Source of the DNA: an uncultured archaeon
GTDB lineage: Archaea > Iainarchaeota > Iainarchaeia > Iainarchaeales > 0-14-0-20-30-16
Reading direction: 5' to 3'
Assembly (NCBI GenBank): GCA_964565125.1
Contig: CAZMCX010000028.1
Location: 1,593-9,335, forward strand
DNA length: 7,743 bases
Positions 6,596-7,743 of the stretch are shown in pieces. The notes under the pieces are model-generated. The model was not told where the DNA came from and searched no databases. It saw only the letters and a list, made by a program, of their open reading frames with translations. Each line of letters starts with the position of its first letter. Within the stretch, counting starts at the first letter, position 1. A program made the position numbers and the translations under genes.

Positions 6596-6731
6596 TAGTT
6601 ATATATAAAGTAGAGTTTAAACTTATATATAAATATACTTGTAATACTTTTTTAGGTGTAAATGTATATTTTTTAAGGGATAATAAGCAAAGACATAAAT
6701 ATTTTCCTAATTTATTTTATTAGGATAAATT
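6596..6731. promoter_or_regulatory. Divergent intergenic promoter region between lonB (-) and the small-protein pair (+), with archaeal TATA-box-like elements
   Basis: On the minus strand, TTTATATA occurs twice (6633-6626 and 6609-6602). The distal copy is about 40 nt upstream of the lonB ATG, which fits a TSS near 6600 and a short leader containing GTGAC. On the plus strand, the AT-rich boxes 'TGTATATTTTTTAA' (about 6663-6676) and 'CATAAATATTTT' (6694-6705) lie upstream of ATG 6732. In an AT-rich genome such matches are weak evidence on their own. Confidence 0.4.
6705..6725 (+). promoter_or_regulatory. 7-bp perfect inverted repeat (TCCTAAT / ATTAGGA, 7-nt loop) overlapping the SD-like element of the 6732 gene
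   Basis: I checked the pairing base by base: 6705-6711 pairs with 6725-6719, and the loop is 6712-6718 (TTATTTT). The right arm contains the AGGA located 5-6 nt upstream of ATG 6732. It could be an operator half-site pair or a leader hairpin. A short stem with 2 GC pairs gives modest significance. Confidence 0.25.
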
Positions 6732-7079
6732 ATGCGTGGTAAACCAACTAAAAAAATAATTATAAAACATCCTGAAAAAAAGAGGCCAACAAGAGAACCT
6801 ACAAAAAAGAACAGAATAATTGATACACATCAAAGAATTATTGACAAATTTTATTTTACTTTGGCAAAGCCAAAACCAACTATGCAAAATATCGGGGCAA
6901 TAAACAAGCTACTTGCCTCAATGCCTAATGGACTAAAGCAACATTTCAAAAGAGATCTAATTCTCATGGTTCATAGAGGGCTTTCTTTTAGAGAAAGTTA
7001 TACTTATTATGCTGATCAAAGAATATTCCAAGAATTAGAACAAAATTTAGAGCACTTAAGAAGCTTAAATGATTTGTGA
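6732..7079 (+). CDS. Hypothetical small protein (115 aa) with a basic Pro/Lys/Arg-rich N-terminal tail and a predicted helical C-terminal half; paralog of the next gene
   Basis: ORF with an ATG start and an AGGA(T) element at 6722-6726, 5 nt upstream. Coding is supported mainly by clear protein-level similarity to the adjacent ORF: 'RPTRE' vs 'RPTRD', 'THQRIIDKFYF' vs 'THLQQLHSAFL', 'DLILMV..GLSFRESY' vs 'ELISLV..ALAYKDRY', and 'ELEQNLEHLRSL' vs 'LLEEHLQRLRKM'. I recognise no known family. Confidence 0.6.
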   Translation: MRGKPTKKIIIKHPEKKRPTREPTKKNRIIDTHQRIIDKFYFTLAKPKPTMQNIGAINKLLASMPNGLKQHFKRDLILMVHRGLSFRESYTYYADQRIFQELEQNLEHLRSLNDL

Positions 7080-7084
7080 TCGTT

Positions 7085-7456
7085 ATGCCGCCAAGAGAAC
7101 CGCCGAGAAGGCCAACAAGAGATGCAAAGATATATGAATTTAAGCAAAGAGAACGTAATAAAAGACCTGGAGAAGCCGGAGCCAAAATCACAAATTTGGC
7201 TTTACTGAAAGTAGAAATTGACAGAACTAGGACCCATCTACAACAATTACATTCTGCATTTTTAGAACGTCCGCCGATAAATGTAGTAATAGAAATTCAC
7301 AATCTAATAGAAGAATTATCCAACCCAACAAAAAAAATGTTAAGGGCAGAATTGATTAGTTTGGTCACTACGGCATTGGCTTATAAAGACAGGTATCCAG
7401 TTAAAACATATTTTGAACTTTTAGAAGAACACTTACAGAGACTAAGAAAAATGTAA
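7085..7456 (+). CDS. Hypothetical small protein (123 aa from ATG 7085; 126 aa if GTG 7076), paralog of the preceding gene
   Basis: Shares colinear motifs with the 6732-7079 product along most of its length. GTGATC (7076-7081), the 3' part of the archaeal SD consensus GGAGGTGATC, lies 3 nt upstream of ATG 7085, so I prefer that start. The alternative GTG 7076 would overlap the upstream TGA stop by 4 nt. I recognise no known family. Confidence 0.6.
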   Translation: MPPREPPRRPTRDAKIYEFKQRERNKRPGEAGAKITNLALLKVEIDRTRTHLQQLHSAFLERPPINVVIEIHNLIEELSNPTKKMLRAELISLVTTALAYKDRYPVKTYFELLEEHLQRLRKM

Positions 7457-7486
7457 TTCTTTTTTATTCCTTATTCTTCTTTTTCT
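7457..7486 (+). terminator. Oligo-T tracts downstream of the small-protein pair (possible archaeal intrinsic termination signal)
   Basis: T6 at 7460-7465 and T5 at 7480-7484 lie directly after the TAA stop (7454-7456). Archaeal RNA polymerase terminates at oligo-dT. However, T-runs are common in this composition, and only 33 nt separate the stop from the next ATG, so read-through into the membrane-protein gene is equally plausible. Confidence 0.2.
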
Positions 7487-7489
7487 ATT

Positions 7490-7743
7490 ATGTCTTTATT
7501 TAGCCACTTCCACATTATCCCATTTTTGAAAAATAAAGAACTAAATCTTTTTTATCTTGCAATTACAATTACTACATTTGTAGAAAGCATGATTGGAATT
7601 TTCGTCCCAATTTATTTTTATAACTTAGGTTATTCGATCCCCCTTATCCTTTTATTCTTCCTTTTAGATGCTCTTTTTTATGTTATCTTTGCATACCCTG
7701 TTGCAAAAGTAGTTACAAAAATCGGGGCCAAACACGCAATCCT
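7490..7743 (+). CDS. Integral membrane protein, MFS-transporter-like N-terminus (partial, continues beyond the window end)
   Basis: Not in the supplied ORF track because it has no stop inside the window. My manual translation from ATG 7490 is 'MSLFSHFHIIPFLKNKELNLFYLAITITTFVESMIGIFVPIYFYNLGYSIPLILLFFLLDALFYVIFAYPVAKVVTKIGAKHAI'. It contains two hydrophobic helices. The pattern 'P.YF..LGYS...I.L........Y.......G......IG.K' resembles the TM1 / loop / TM2 / basic-loop layout of MFS transporters. The family call is tentative. Confidence 0.45.
   Translation, partial: MSLFSHFHIIPFLKNKELNLFYLAITITTFVESMIGIFVPIYFYNLGYSIPLILLFFLLDALFYVIFAYPVAKVVTKIGAKHAI

Noticed and set aside
6615-6622. GTTTAAAC 8-bp palindrome in the divergent intergenic region
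   Set aside because: Short AT-rich palindromes are expected by chance in this composition. There is no second copy and no flanking symmetry.
6951-6974. Possible HEPN-like Rx4-6H motif ('RDLILMVH') in the first small protein, which would suggest a HEPN RNase toxin
   Set aside because: The spacing is at the limit of the motif. The surrounding residues do not match the DUF86/HEPN 'RN..v.H.Y' pattern. The paralog has Thr in place of His, and there is no MNT-type partner. This is too weak to call.
6988-7191. 67-aa minus-strand ORF spanning the junction of the two small paralogous genes
   Set aside because: The plus-strand frames are supported by mutual paralogy, and this antisense frame has no such support. 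I kept it in mind only because the region is of unknown function.
7454-7492. The second small gene and the membrane-protein ORF are in the same reading frame, separated by one TAA and 11 sense codons (possible stop read-through or fusion)
   Set aside because: The two products look unrelated (a soluble helical protein versus a polytopic membrane protein). The spacer is a T-rich non-coding-like tract, and sharing a frame has a one-in-three chance.
1-7743. Screen for tRNA/rRNA genes, CRISPR repeats, transposase/IS ends and long direct or inverted repeats
   Set aside because: The only non-coding stretches are 1-60, 6596-6731 and 7457-7489. All are too short or too AT-rich for structured RNA genes. 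I saw no regularly spaced repeats and no transposase-like ORFs by eye.

Overview
This is a very AT-rich, tightly packed archaeal segment. It encodes an archaeal-type membrane-anchored LonB protease and the primase large subunit PriL. The style suggests a small-genome, DPANN-like archaeon, but that is inference only. From left to right there are five parts. (1) A two-gene AbiEii/AbiEi-like type IV toxin-antitoxin module lies on the + strand, toxin first, with a TAATG stop/start overlap. (2) An apparent minus-strand operon runs lonB -> SPFH/stomatin -> priL, with 14-bp and 9-bp spacers. Its lonB is interrupted by a 498-codon LAGLIDADG intein sitting exactly inside the conserved HDPxQ|SGGLGTP motif, with non-canonical splice residues (Thr1, Ser-Asn C-terminus, Ser+1). 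(3) A 136-bp divergent promoter region follows. (4) Next come two adjacent small paralogous genes of unknown function with Pro/Arg/Lys-rich N-terminal tails, locally much more GC-rich than the surroundings. (5) The window ends with the 5' end of a membrane (MFS-like) gene that runs off the edge and is absent from the ORF track. I saw no rRNA, tRNA, CRISPR array, transposase or long repeat. The best candidates for something new are the paralogous small-protein pair, the LonB-SPFH pairing and the atypical intein. All homology calls rest on motif recognition by eye, not on searches.
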